Positions 28,005 to 40,500 of a stretch of 64,000 nucleotides of DNA are shown here, piece after piece. The notes under the pieces were generated by a model, which had not been told where the DNA came from, searched no databases, and saw only the letters and a program-made list of their open reading frames with translations. This DNA comes from the human T2T-CHM13v2.0 reference genome, Homo sapiens, in the NCBI RefSeq assembly GCF_009914755.1, contig NC_060935.1; one strand, 5' to 3'. Position numbers and translations under genes: made by a program. Position 1 is the stretch's first letter. Each line of letters starts with the position of its first letter.

Positions 28005-28410
28005 TACTATGGGCTGAGTTGTGTACCCCCAAAATTTATATATTAAATCCATAACCCCAAAACCTCAGAATTAGACAGTATTTGGAGATAGGGCCTTTAA
28101 AGATATTATTAAGTTAAAATGAGGTCTTTAGAATCTGCACTAATCCAATCTGACTGGAGTCCTTATAAGAGGAAATTTAGACACACAAAGGGACACCAGG
28201 GATGCATGCACCCAGAGGAAAGGACACAGAGATGTGAGGACACAGAGAGAAGGTCGCCATCTGCAAGCCAAGGAGAAAGGCCTCTGGAGAAACCAAACAT
28301 GCCTGTACCTTAATACTGGACTTTTAGCCTCCAGAACTGTGGGAAATAAATGATGCTTAAGCCACCCACTGTATAGTACTTTGTTATGACAGACCTAGGA
28401 AACTAGTACA
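28005..28410 (+). mobile_element. MLT1B-like MaLR solo LTR
   Basis: tatgggctgagttgtgtaccccc...gtatttggagatagggcctttaaag...aaactagtaca, with a perfect 5-bp TSD CCTAC at 28000-28004 and 28411-28415. Confidence 0.85.
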
Positions 28411-28639
28411 CCTACTCTTTAAGCTTCTGCTAGAAAGTGACACATGCAATTTATGCTTGCATTGGCTAAAGCTGATCACATGGCCAAGCCTGACTTCAAA
28501 GGGACAGAGATACACAATTCTCCCTCTTGTTGGGGAAGCAAGTATTGATGGAAAGTAACAAAATCTATCACCTTTTTCTATTCCTTTACTACTAGACATC
28601 AAAGCCCCATTAAATTATTTGCTCTAACAAACGATAAAG

Positions 28640-31600
28640 AATCTCATCTATTTGTGCATTAGAAATCAACAAATTCTCTGGGATATATACACCCAAAAAA
28701 TGTAATTGCTGGGTCACTGTGCATATGCACACTAATTTCATTAAGAATTTCCTGGAAGCTCTCCAGAGTGGCTACACATCTGGTCACTTTCTCACAAGAA
28801 ATGAGGTTTACCTTCCCTGACATTCTCTACAGCCTTTGGCATAAACATCTTTCTTTTTCTCTAACTAATCAGTATGAAGTGGCTTCACATTAATTTGCAG
28901 TCCTCTAATTTTTAATGAGGTTGCACATTCCTGCATGCATATATTAAACATTTAATATCCCCTTATGTGAGTTGTCCTTTCATGTCCTCTGTATCCATTT
29001 TTCTATTGGGTTTTCTGTATTGATCTTCTAACTCATAGGAGTTAATTGTAGTTATTAATTATTTGTCTCTTAAATTTCCAAATATCTTCTTTTAGTATGT
29101 CACCCATTCATTAACTTTAATCACAGTGTCTTTCCCTGAATATAAATTCACTAGTTTAAGATAATTTTTTTTCTACTCATAGCTAGTGCTTTTGTAGACA
29201 TGTTTAGAAAAATTTTCCTTCTGGATTTTTCACAAATAGTTTCTGAATATTCCATTGGGTTTATAGTTTTACTTTTACATTTGGGGTTTTAGTAATTTAG
29301 ACTCTATGGGCTATTTTTTTCTATATGGACTATATGGCCTATATGGTCTGTATGGACTCTATTTTTTTCTGCATAGTAACTAAATGTTAGTTACTAAATG
29401 TTAATTTTCTACATGGTAACTAAATGTTCCTAACACCAACCATTGTATAATTCATTGATTCCCCAGCAATTATGATGTTATTCCTATTAGATACCATATC
29501 CCTATATTTCCATAAATCTATTTCTGGGCTCTCTATTCTGTCCTCTGAATTCTCTGTTTCTTTATTAAGATCTTACCTTATTAATTATGATGATTTTGTA
29601 CTATGTTTTAAAATTTTATAGAAAATATATTCCCTTTTTCCCCTTATTTTCAAAATTGCCTGATATATTTGAGGATATTTATTGTTCTAGTTATATTTGG
29701 ATTACTCAAAAATTCTTTTTAAGATAGAAATTGAATTTAAAGGTGAGTGGTTGATTGTTAACATCTTTACATGTAAAATTATCCTATCCATAAATATATT
29801 ATTCAGATGTTCTTTTGTGCCCTGTAATAGAGTTTAAATTATTATCTGCAGTAAAGGTGATATGTATCTTAGTTGGGGCAATTCTCAATTTTTTATTCAT
29901 TTAGTAATCGATACCTTTTTCTTATTTTATTTCATTATTATTGATTTTCAGAAACGTCACTAAATTTTTGGTATGTTGACCTTATATTCAACAACTTTCC
30001 AAACTCTATTATTGGTTGTTACAGACTATTATTAATTCTACTAAGTTTTGTAGGGAAATTATCTCATCTGCAAATAATAACAATTATGGTTATCTTGTCT
30101 ATTTTTCTTGCACAATTATATGTTATGCTTATGTCAGATCTTTCTGCACTTTAATGGACAGTACAATTGACAAAGAATCACTGTCTTAATGCCAGCTTCA
30201 AAGGGAATGTGTATCAAGTTAAGGAAAATGTTAATGCAGGCTTTATTCAGAGTCTTTACATATTTAAGTTTTAGCTTTTGTTTTCTAAGAATTCTTTTTC
30301 ATCATCAGTAAGTGTAGGCCTTTTTTCAAATGCTTTTGCTCAATCTATGGAGTTGGTCATTTTAATTTTTCTCTTTAGGTATATTAATACGGGTAATTAT
30401 AGTAAAATCCATCATTTTTTTCTCCTCATGGCTAGTATTTTTCAAATTGCGTTTAAGCAATCTTTCTCACCAATATTTCTCACAGATCGTATCCTATTAT
30501 TTATTTTACTGACTTTATACTTTCATTTTTCACGTTTTGAGCCTGACAGATTTTCTAAACTCAGCCCATCTTTATATACTTATTTGATAAATATGTGTCT
30601 TTTATGTTAGTTGGTTTGGGCTTGTAATATTTTGCTTATGATATTTGCATATGTTTTTATGAGTAAATTTGCTCTTTTTTTCCTCACATTTTCCTTATTC
30701 TATTTTAGCATCAAGACTATATCAGCCTCATAAAAAGAGTTGGGTTGGGCCGGGCTTAGTGACTCACGCCAGTAATTCCAGCACTTTGGGAGGCCAAGGT
30801 GGGCAGATTCCTGGAGCACAGGAGTTCCAGACCAGTCTGGCAAACATGACTAAACCCCATCTCAACAAAAAAATTAAAAATTAACTGGCATGGTGGTGCC
30901 TGCCTGTAGTCCCAGCTACTCAGGAGGCTCAAGTGGGAGGAATGCTTGAGCCCAGGAGGGCGGAGGTTGCAGTGAGCCATGATCGTTCCACTGCACTCCA
31001 GCCTGGGTGACAAAGCAAGACCCTGCCTCAGAAAAAAAAACAAAAACAAAAACAACCAGCTGGGTAATTTTCTCCTTTATTACTTTTTTACTTTCCAGAA
31101 CAACTTTTATTCAAGAAATATTTGTTCCTTTATAATATCTAGACATTAAAATTTTCTGGGAAAATATAATTTTATTTCCATTGTTCTTATTCTATTTCTT
31201 CTTGTGTCAATTATTACATTTTATTTTTACTTATCTATTTCACATTTTAAATGTATTAATGAATATTTTATAATATTTTATAGTGATTAATCCTCCTTTG
31301 TCTTTTTTGAGCAGAAACAATTTCCATCTTTTCTCCTTTTCTTCCTCCTTTTTTTTTCACTTCAGTCTTACCAGAGATTTATCAATATTGTTAGATTTTT
31401 CAAAGAACCATGCTTTGGTTTTATTAATTTTATCTATAGTTTATTCCCTATTTAATTGACTAATGCCCCAAAATTTACTATTTCTTTCTTAATTCTTTGT
31501 GTTTATTCTATCTTTATTTTTATAGCTTCTTTCGTCAAACTTTTTGCTTACTTGTTTTCAATGACTGCTATTTCTTCACAAAGAGTCAAAATTTTAAATT

Positions 31601-32700
31601 TTCATTGCGTACCACTTTAGATTCATGCTACAAATTTTCACATGTGGTGTTTTTATTGTCATTCAGTTTTAAGTTATTTTATTTTTATGATTTCCTGTTT
31701 AACCAAGTGATAATTTCATATAATTTTTTAAGTTTCAAGGCATATGGGATTTTAAGCTATTCTTTGGTTACCGATTTCTAATTTTAATGCATTATTACCA
31801 GAGAACACAGTTTGTACTATTTTGTTGGGATGTACTGAAGCTTCTTTTTCTTATCTACTTGCAATGGATACCATGGCAGTCTTTCTAGATAGTTTCTTCA
31901 GGGATGATTTCCCTATATTCCAACGTCCAGAAGCATTGGTTGCTGATTGCTCCAAGCTTGTCCCTCACAGGAGATAATCCTCAAATGCAAGGAAATGCCT
32001 GTTTCAAGGATCTCTCCCTTCCCTGGTTCAGCATGTTGCCAGTGACTACAGACAGTGACATGCAAAGTCCCTTTCTCTCAGTTTGGAAAATCTTGGAAGA
32101 GCCCTCATTAGGATTGGCTGAGCTTCACTAGCAACCTTTTTGTGGGTCACGTTCCCTTTCTGCCTGAAACTAGTGTGTTCACTTATGTACAAATATATCT
32201 CCTAAAAGCACATTCCCAATAATATTCTGCCTATTGCTCTCCATCTTAGAGTCTGTTTCCAGAGAAATGTTAGTGACTGGAGCATGCATGTTAAAGAGAG
32301 TGTGTATTCTGTGTTTGTTGGTGTAAAATATTATAGGCATCTTTTATATTGCCCTGCTTAATTTTTATTGTTTTTTAACATGATTTATTATTTTCTGACA
32401 GGAGTTATTAAAATCTTTTGCCTACAATTATTATTTTGTCAATTTGCCCATTATTATCTAGATTTTACTTTGTATATTTTGAGACTATATTGTTAACTGC
32501 ATATGTACTCTGGAACTTTAAGTATTCTTGATAATATTCAGTACGTGGTAATTTTCTTTGATGCTTTGGCATTTTTGTGCCTGAATTTCTTTATCTGTCT
32601 AACATTACACCTTTACCAAATTTCATTTAGCTGCTCTTTGTCTGCTACACCTTTATATCATCTTTCATATTCAAACATTCCACGTGCTGCAGCTCTAAAT
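28640..32700 (-). mobile_element. Highly decayed ancient L1M/L1ME ORF2 fragments
   Basis: T-rich antisense ORF2 motifs (tttctgggctctctattctg, catctgcaaataa, ttttcaaagaacca). Boundaries are approximate and the region is interrupted by an Alu. Confidence 0.55.
30748..31053 (+). mobile_element. AluJ-like element
   Basis: ggccgggc...gcttgagcccaggagg...caagaccctgcctc followed by an A-rich (CAAAAA)n tail. Confidence 0.92.
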
Positions 32701-34327
32701 AGGAGAGATGTTAATGAAATGCAAAGACTGTCTCAACAGTTAAAATAAAGGGGTTTGTCCTATTATAAAGGGAAGAGTGAACCAGAGTAGAAGTGAGCCC
32801 GTGATAGGTATCTATTGTTTTTCCTCCAGGTGTGTCAACAACCTAGGTGAACAATTTCTTACTCTGTTTCTCCAATGCAACAGTAAAGGCAGAGCCTCAC
32901 TACCCACAGATTATAGGATAATATTCAGCCAGCTATGAAGAGCCAATAGCAATGAACACAGGCCAAACTGGACATTATTGAGAGCGAATATTAAAACTTT
33001 AGTTTATAGTAACCTTGGGACAACTAGCATAAACTATGCCTGACCTAAGGAAATTGGTGTATATAATCACCCTGATTCTCCCTTTATCTCCCACCTCTGT
33101 CCTATGTACAAAGTACTTACAACAATGTTTTTGAGGAAGAAATCCAACAAGATGAAACAAAAGAAAGTCCAAAATGCTCTTCACAATTGTAGAGATTTTT
33201 TCTCAATTTAAAAACAAAACAACAACAAAATACCCTAAGTATATACCACTCAATATATTGAATGAAAAATTAATAAACCACAATTCCTATCTAGACATAT
33301 CCCAGCAACATATCTGAATTAGATGAATAAAGAAAAAAATCTTTCAAGTATCTATGCAGGAAAAAGTTCATCTACAAATAAGAACCATGCTAGCCTCAGA
33401 CCCCAACAACTTAAGATACATAGTTTCAGAAAAAAATGGAATAATTTATAGAGAATATGAGAAGTGAAATGATGTGATATTTACAGGGTATAGTTAAGAA
33501 ACTTAGCCTTTAAATATTAATAACAGAAGAAAGACAATCTAAATATACAGGAGCTAAGAATATGCCACTCAACTTAGACAAACAAAACTGAAGTCAAAAA
33601 AAGAAACCACAAGAGACAATTTGCTAGAATAAAAATGGCCTGGAAGACATTCCTGTGGGACTCTAAAATATATGATATCCAAATCACAGAACAGTGCTGA
33701 TACCAGTGAGTACCAAACCAGATTAACCTCAACACAGCATTCAGCCTGCAAGAAAGTGGATGTGTTTAGAATTCCTTTCACAGTGACACCAAAATAAAGC
33801 TTCAAATAAACAATCTCATGATTGTCATACTCTTCAACGGCAGTAATACTTTAAGGCCGCAAAAAGAAGTCTCCTACAAAAGCCATTATTTCAAGAAGGT
33901 TTACCAACAAATTCAAAAGTCCGCTAAATATGATTGTAGCTTCTGTATTGAAAAACATAGGTTAACCTTTAACAACAATAACAACAAAAACTACAAAGAA
34001 ATATGCCAACATGTTGGTGTAACTTTACCTGGTTGTTTAGATAAGATTGATGGTTTTCTTTAGAATACTTTAATGTTTTAAACAAAGTATTACTTTGTAA
34101 ATAAAAAATAAACTTTATATGAAAACCAAATGTTCAAATCTAGATCTCCCCCAAAAATATAAATTATTATTATAAACCCAGGTTACCATTCCCCTCATCC
34201 CTGTCTTATCCTCCTGAACTGTATTTCTAGAAATTGTTTTTATCTATTGAAAAAGCAAAAATGTCACTACACACAACAGAAGATGACAGAATACACAGAG
34301 TGAAGGGAATTTGGAGATGTTGTAGTT

Positions 34328-34542
34328 CGGTGGTTCAAAACCAGGGCTGATTTTGCCCCAGTGATATTTGGCAATGCCTAGAGACATTTTTGGTTGTCAC
34401 AATTGGGAAAGGGGTTGCTGCTGTCATTTACTGGGTAGAGGCTGGGGATTCTGGTAAGCATACCTCAATGCACAATGCCTGCCCAGTAACAAAGAATTAT
34501 CCAGCTCTAAATGTCAAAAAATACCAAGTTTGAGAAAACCTG
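34328..34542. mobile_element. MER20 (hAT-Charlie)
   Basis: cggtggttc...gattttgcccc...tttggcaatgcctagagacatttttggttgtcaca...ttgagaaaacctg, about 215 bp. Confidence 0.85.
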
Positions 34543-36139
34543 ATCAAATTCAATTCCCTAGATGTATAAATCAATGAGAATATAGTTAACGCTACTGGCT
34601 ATGCATTTAAAAATTGTTAAGATGGTAACTTTGATGTTGTTATTTAAAAAATAAATTATGATAAAAAGATAAAAAAATATGGTCAAAGAGATTGCAACTC
34701 TTTTCCAGCGTTGAACAATTATTATGTGACAAAGAGTAAGCAACCACTAGTGACACAGTTAGTACATGGCAAAAAGATAAAATTGTGTGATTAAGAATTT
34801 AGTTGTTTTTATTCTAGAAGCAGAGAAGTGGTGGAGATGAGGCCCCAACTCCTTCATATGGACAATTTTTTTGTCTTCCTTGGGCAAGGGCCTAGATAAT
34901 TCCCAAACTGTGCAGATCCAAGTTTTTCCTGCTGTGCATGTGTCAACCAGCCTGCCATATAGGCCCCTGAGGTCCATCAAGGTGGTTGTTTCTGCTTAAA
35001 AAATTTATGAAAGGAAAGATTGCTTTTCCTCCATAGTTAACGAGGAAATAAAAAAGGGTGCAGATTTTTAAATCTCTGCCAGATGTTGTTTAAAAATATC
35101 ATCACTCTTTGAGAAGAGTGAGTTCTATCTGCAGTCAGCTAGGTCATCCCCCCTAAAAGTTTATGGTTTCATCAATTTTCTTTATGTGGATGTAGACAAG
35201 ACCAATAGTCTCAACCCCCAACTATTTATAAGCACATTTTCTTCAGGCCTTTAAACACAGGCAGATAAAACTGAGTTGAAGACACTTTGGGCCAGGGCAC
35301 TATTTGAATTATAATATTCCTGTGCTAAAGTCAAATTATACACGGTCTCTGAATTAGAACTATTAATTTTGAATCATGTTGTATTTGCTTACAGAATATT
35401 GGGTCTATGAGGTAGGAGCAAATTGTGTGAATACACCCAAAGAGAGGAGTCACTTTATGAGGGTTCTAATGAGAAAATAAACTAGTATATTAAGAGGAAG
35501 ACTTGATTAAGTCCAGGAAAATAAGTACAAAAGTAAAGCAAGAAATAGGAGGATTAGCAATGAAGTGAGATATTGAAAGTTTCAAGAGCAAGACAAAGTA
35601 AGTTTAGGTTTAAAATGGTAGGTACGTTGAGAATTCTTTCGCTGTCTTTTTTATGGTGCCTTTCCTAAGTTACTGAGAAAGAATAAAAGCTTTCTAAAGG
35701 GGCAGTACAGAGCTCAATAATTAAGATTCAATTTCAGTTTGAACGAAAATGTTAAATTCCGTAATTTGAGAAGGAAATGACTTTTGTTTTTGTTTGTTTG
35801 TTTGTTTGTTTGTTTTTTGTGGTACAAAACCCAAAAGAAGGGAGCTCAGTAGTGGAACAAGGATCTGGCAATACATCTTAGACTCTATAAGGTAGCAGAG
35901 TTTGCCGTGAGTGGCCATAGAATGGAGTTAGTGTGAGACAAGAGACACAGATTCTGGAGTGAGCAATGAAGACTCATGTATTCAAGTGACTCAACTGCTT
36001 TTATTTTTCTGGTTATGCAAGCATGAGTCAGTATAAATGACAAATTTGGGAGAGAGGATGAAATGCTGAATGGGAAGCTTTGGGTTGTTTTTAATTAATA
36101 AAATTTAAGCAGTGTAGTTCTACATAAAAGGAGTAGTGA

Positions 36140-36370
36140 GGTTAGAGAGGTGTAGTAGAAGAATGTGTGTGTGTTAGAGCATAACAGATCTGGGTTTCAA
36201 TTCTAGTATTTCTACCTAGTAGTCTCTTACTTCTTCTTTATCTTCATATTTCTCATCTAGGTAATGGAGAAATTGATATAAATCTCATCCATTAGTTGTA
36301 TAAATTAGCTACTTAATGAGTGCCTAGCACACGTAGTATCTCAATGAGTAAGTTCTTTTGTTATTGTTAT
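36140..36370 (+). mobile_element. MIR SINE
   Basis: gtgtagtagaaga...cagatctgggtttcaattctag...tttctcatctaggtaatggag...gtgcctagcacacgtag core motifs. Confidence 0.6.
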
Positions 36371-36607
36371 CGTTAAAGTTTACTATATCCTATTTCATGC
36401 TCAGGGTTCATAGACTTAGCTTCCAGTCTTATATACCCTGACACATACACCTCACTATGTTTCTTCAGCATTTCCCTAAATTGGATATGAATCATAATAT
36501 GTTTGTCTGTACTTTATCAGTGTTCCTTTTGCATAATGCATTTTCTAATTTAGTGAACATTTACCCTAAGTATTCAATTTATCCCTCTCCTTAGGTATGC
36601 TTTTATT

Positions 36608-37481
36608 ATTATTAAAAAATTTTTTTTCATCAAATTTTATTTTACGTTCCAGGGTACATGTAAAGGATGAAGGAAGTGCAGGTTTATTATATAGGTAAAC
36701 ATGTGCCATGGTGATTTGCTGCACAGATCAACCCTTCACCTAGGTATGAATTTCAGCATCCATTAACTATTATTCCTGATGCTCTCCCTCCCCCACTCCC
36801 AACCACAGTACCCAGTGTGTTGTTCCCCACCATGTATCCATGTGTTCTCATCATTCAGCTCCCACTTATAAGTGAGAACATGGACAGTGTTTGGTTTTAT
36901 TTTCCTGAGTTAGTTTGCTGAGGATAATGCCTTCCAGCTCCATTCATATCCCTGCAAAGGACATGAGCTTGTTCCTTTTTATGGCTGCATAGTATTCCAC
37001 GGTGTATACGTACCACATTTTCTTTATCCAGGGTGTCATTCATGGGCATTTAGGTTGATTCCATGTCTTTGCTATTGTGAATAGTGCTGCAATGAACATA
37101 CACATGCATGTGTCTTTATATACATGTACACATGCACGTATACACCCAGTAATGGGATTGCTGGGTCAAACGGTATTTTTGCTTCTAGGTCTTTGAGGAA
37201 TCACCACACTGTCTTCCACAATGGTTGAACTAATTTATACTCCCACCAAAAGTAAAAAAGTATTCCTTTTTCTTTGCAACATTGCCAGCATCTGTCATTT
37301 CTTGACTTTTTAATAATCTGCATTCTGACTGGCATGAGACGATGTCTCATTGTGGGTTTGAATTGCATTTCTCTAATGATCAGTGATGTTGAGTTTTTCT
37401 CATATGTTTGTTGGCTGTATAAATGTCTTCTTTTAAGACCTGTCTGTTCATGTCCTTTGCCCACTTTGTTTTTTTTTTTGA

Positions 37482-37515
<34 letters not shown>

Positions 37516-40500
37516 TGTAAATGTGTTTAAGTTTCTTGTAGACTCTGAATATTAGAACTTCGTCAGATGGATAGATTACAAAAATGTTCTCCCATTCTGT
37601 AGGTTGTTTGTTCATTCTGATGATAGTTTCTTTTGCTGTGCAGAAGCTCTTTAGTTTAATTAGATCCCAACTGTCAAATTTTGCTTTTGTTGCAATTGTT
37701 TTTGGTGTTTTGGTCATGGAATTTTTGCCTGTGCCTGTTTCCTTAATGGTATTGCCTAGATTTTCTTCTAGTGTTTTTATACGTTTGGGTTTTACATTTA
37801 AGTCTTTAATCTATCTAGAATTATTTTTATATAAAGTGTAAGGAAGGTATCCAGCTTCAATTTTCTGCATAGGGCTAGCCAGTTCTCCCAGTACCATTCA
37901 TTATATAGGGAATCTGTTCCCCATTGCTCATTCTTGTCAGGTTTGTTGAAGATCAGATGGTTGTAAGTGCGCAGTCTTATTTCTAAGTTGCCTATTCTGT
38001 TCCCTTGGTCTATGTGTCTGTTTTTGTAATGGTACCAAGCTGTTTTGGTTATTGCAGCCTTGTAGCGTATTTTGAAATTGGGTAGTGTGATACCTTCAGC
38101 TTCATTCTTTTTGCTTAGGATTGTCTTTGCTATGTGGGCTCTTTTCAGGTTCCACATGAATTTTAAAATAGTTTTTTTTTCTAATTCTGTGAAGAATGTC
38201 AATGGTGGCTTCATGGGAATAGCATTGAATCTATAAATAACTTTGGGCAGTATGGCTACTTTCACGATATTGATTCTTCTATCCCCAGCATGGAATATTT
38301 TTCCATTTGTCTTCTCTGATTTCCTTGAGCAGTGGTTTGCAGTTCTACCTGAAGAGATTCTTCACTTCCCTTGTTAGCTGTATTCCTAGGTATTTTATTC
38401 TCTTTGTAGCAATCGTAAATGGGAGTTAGTTCATGATTTGCCTCTCTGCATGCCTATCGGTGGTGTATAGGAATGCTACCAATTTTTGCACATTGATTTT
38501 GTATCCTGAGACTTTCTTGAAGTTGCTTATCAGCTTAAGAAGCTTTTGGGCTGAGACGATGGAGTTTTCTAGATACAGGAGCATGTCATCTGCAAACAAA
38601 GATAATTTGACTTTTTCTCTTCCTATTTGCGTATGCTTTATTTCTTTCCATTGCCTGATTGCCCTGGCCAGAACTTCAAATGCTGTGTTGAAGACGAGTG
38701 GTGAGAGACTGCATCCTTGTCTTGTGCCAGTTTTCAAGGAGAATACTTCCAGCTTTTGCCCATTCAGTATGATATTCTCTATGGGTTTGTTATATATGGC
38801 TCTTATTATTTTGAGGTATGTTCCATCAATACCTAATTTATTGAGAATTTTTAACATGAATGGATGTTGAATTTTATCGAAGGCCTTTTCTGCATCTATT
38901 GAGATAATAATGTGGTTTTATCTTTAATTATATTTATGTGATGAATTACATTTATTGATTTGTGTATGTTGAACCAACCTTGCATCCTGGGGATGAGGGC
39001 AGCTTGACCGTGGAGGATAAACTTTTTGATTGGCTGGATTCAGTTTGCCAGTATTTTATTAATGATTTTTACATCGATGTTCATCAGGGATATTGGCCTG
39101 AAGTTCCTTTTTTTGTTGTATCTCCACCAGGCTTTGATATGAGAATGATGCTGGGCTCATAAAATGAGTTACAAAGGAGTCTCTCCTTTTCAATTGTTTG
39201 GAATAGTTTCAGTAGGAAAAGTCTCAGCTCCTCTTTGTACCTTTAGTAGAAATCAGCTATAATTCTGTCTGGTCCTGGGGTTCTTTGGTTGGGAGGCTAT
39301 TTATTACTGCCTCAATTTCAGAACTTGTTATTGGTCTATTTAGGGGTTCAACTCCTTTCTGGCTCAGTCTTAGGAGAGTGTATGTGTCTAGGAATTTATC
39401 AATTTCTTCTAGATTTTCTAGTTTATTTGCATAGTGGTGTTTATAGTATTTTCTGATGGTTGTTTGTATTTCTGTGGGGTCAGTGGTGATATCCCTCTCA
39501 TCATTTCTGATTGTATGTGTTTGATTCTTCTCTCCTTTCTTTATTAGACTGGCTAGTGGTCAATCTACTTTATTAATTATTTCAAAAATCCAGCTCTTGG
39601 ATTTGTTGATATTTTGAAGGGTTTTTCGTGTCTCCATCTTCTTCAGTTCTACTCTGATCTGGGTATTTCTTGTCTTCTGCTAGCTTTGGGGTTTGTTTGC
39701 TCTTGGCTCTCTAGTTCTTTTAGTTGCGATGTCAGATCGTCCATTTGAGATCTTTCTAGCTTTTTGAGATCTTTCTAGCTTTTTGATGTGGGCATTTAGT
39801 GCTATAAATGTCCTTCTTAACACTGCTTTAGCTGCGCCCCAGAGATTCCGGTATGTTGTCTCTTTGTTCTCATTAGTTTCAAATAACTTCTTGATTTCTG
39901 CCTTAATTTCATTATTTACCCAAGAGTCAGGAGCAGGTTGTTCAATTTCCATGTGTTTGTGTGGTTTTAGGTATGTTTCTTAATCTTGAGTTCTAATTTG
40001 ATTGTGCTGCGATCTGAGATACTGTTTGTTATAAATTCAGGGGTTTTTTTTGGCATTTGCTAAGGAGTGTTTTACTTCCAATTATGTGATAATTCTTGAG
40101 TAAATGTCATGTAGTGATGAGAAGAATGTATATTCTGTTGTTTTTGAGTGGAGAATTCTGTAGATATCTACCAGGTCCACTTGATCTAGAGCTGAGTTCA
40201 GGTTCTGAATATCTTTGTTAATTTTCTGTCTTGATGATTTGTCTAATATTGTCAGTGGGGTGTTAAAGTCTCCCACTATTACAGTGTGGGAGTCAAAGTC
40301 TTTTTGTAAATCTCTAAGAACATGCTTTATGAATCTGGGTGCTCCTGTATTGGTTGCATATATATTTAGAAGAGTTAGCTCTTCTTGTTGAATTGCGCCC
40401 TTTACAATTATGTAATCTCCTTTTTTGTCTTTTTTGGTTTTTGTTGGTTTATAGTCTGTTTTATCAAATACTAGGATTGCAACCCCTGCATTTTCCTGTT

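Noticed and set aside
34818-34981. Possible + strand exon (ttttattctag|aagc…caag|gtggtt)
   Set aside because: The donor is weak and all three frames contain stop codons.
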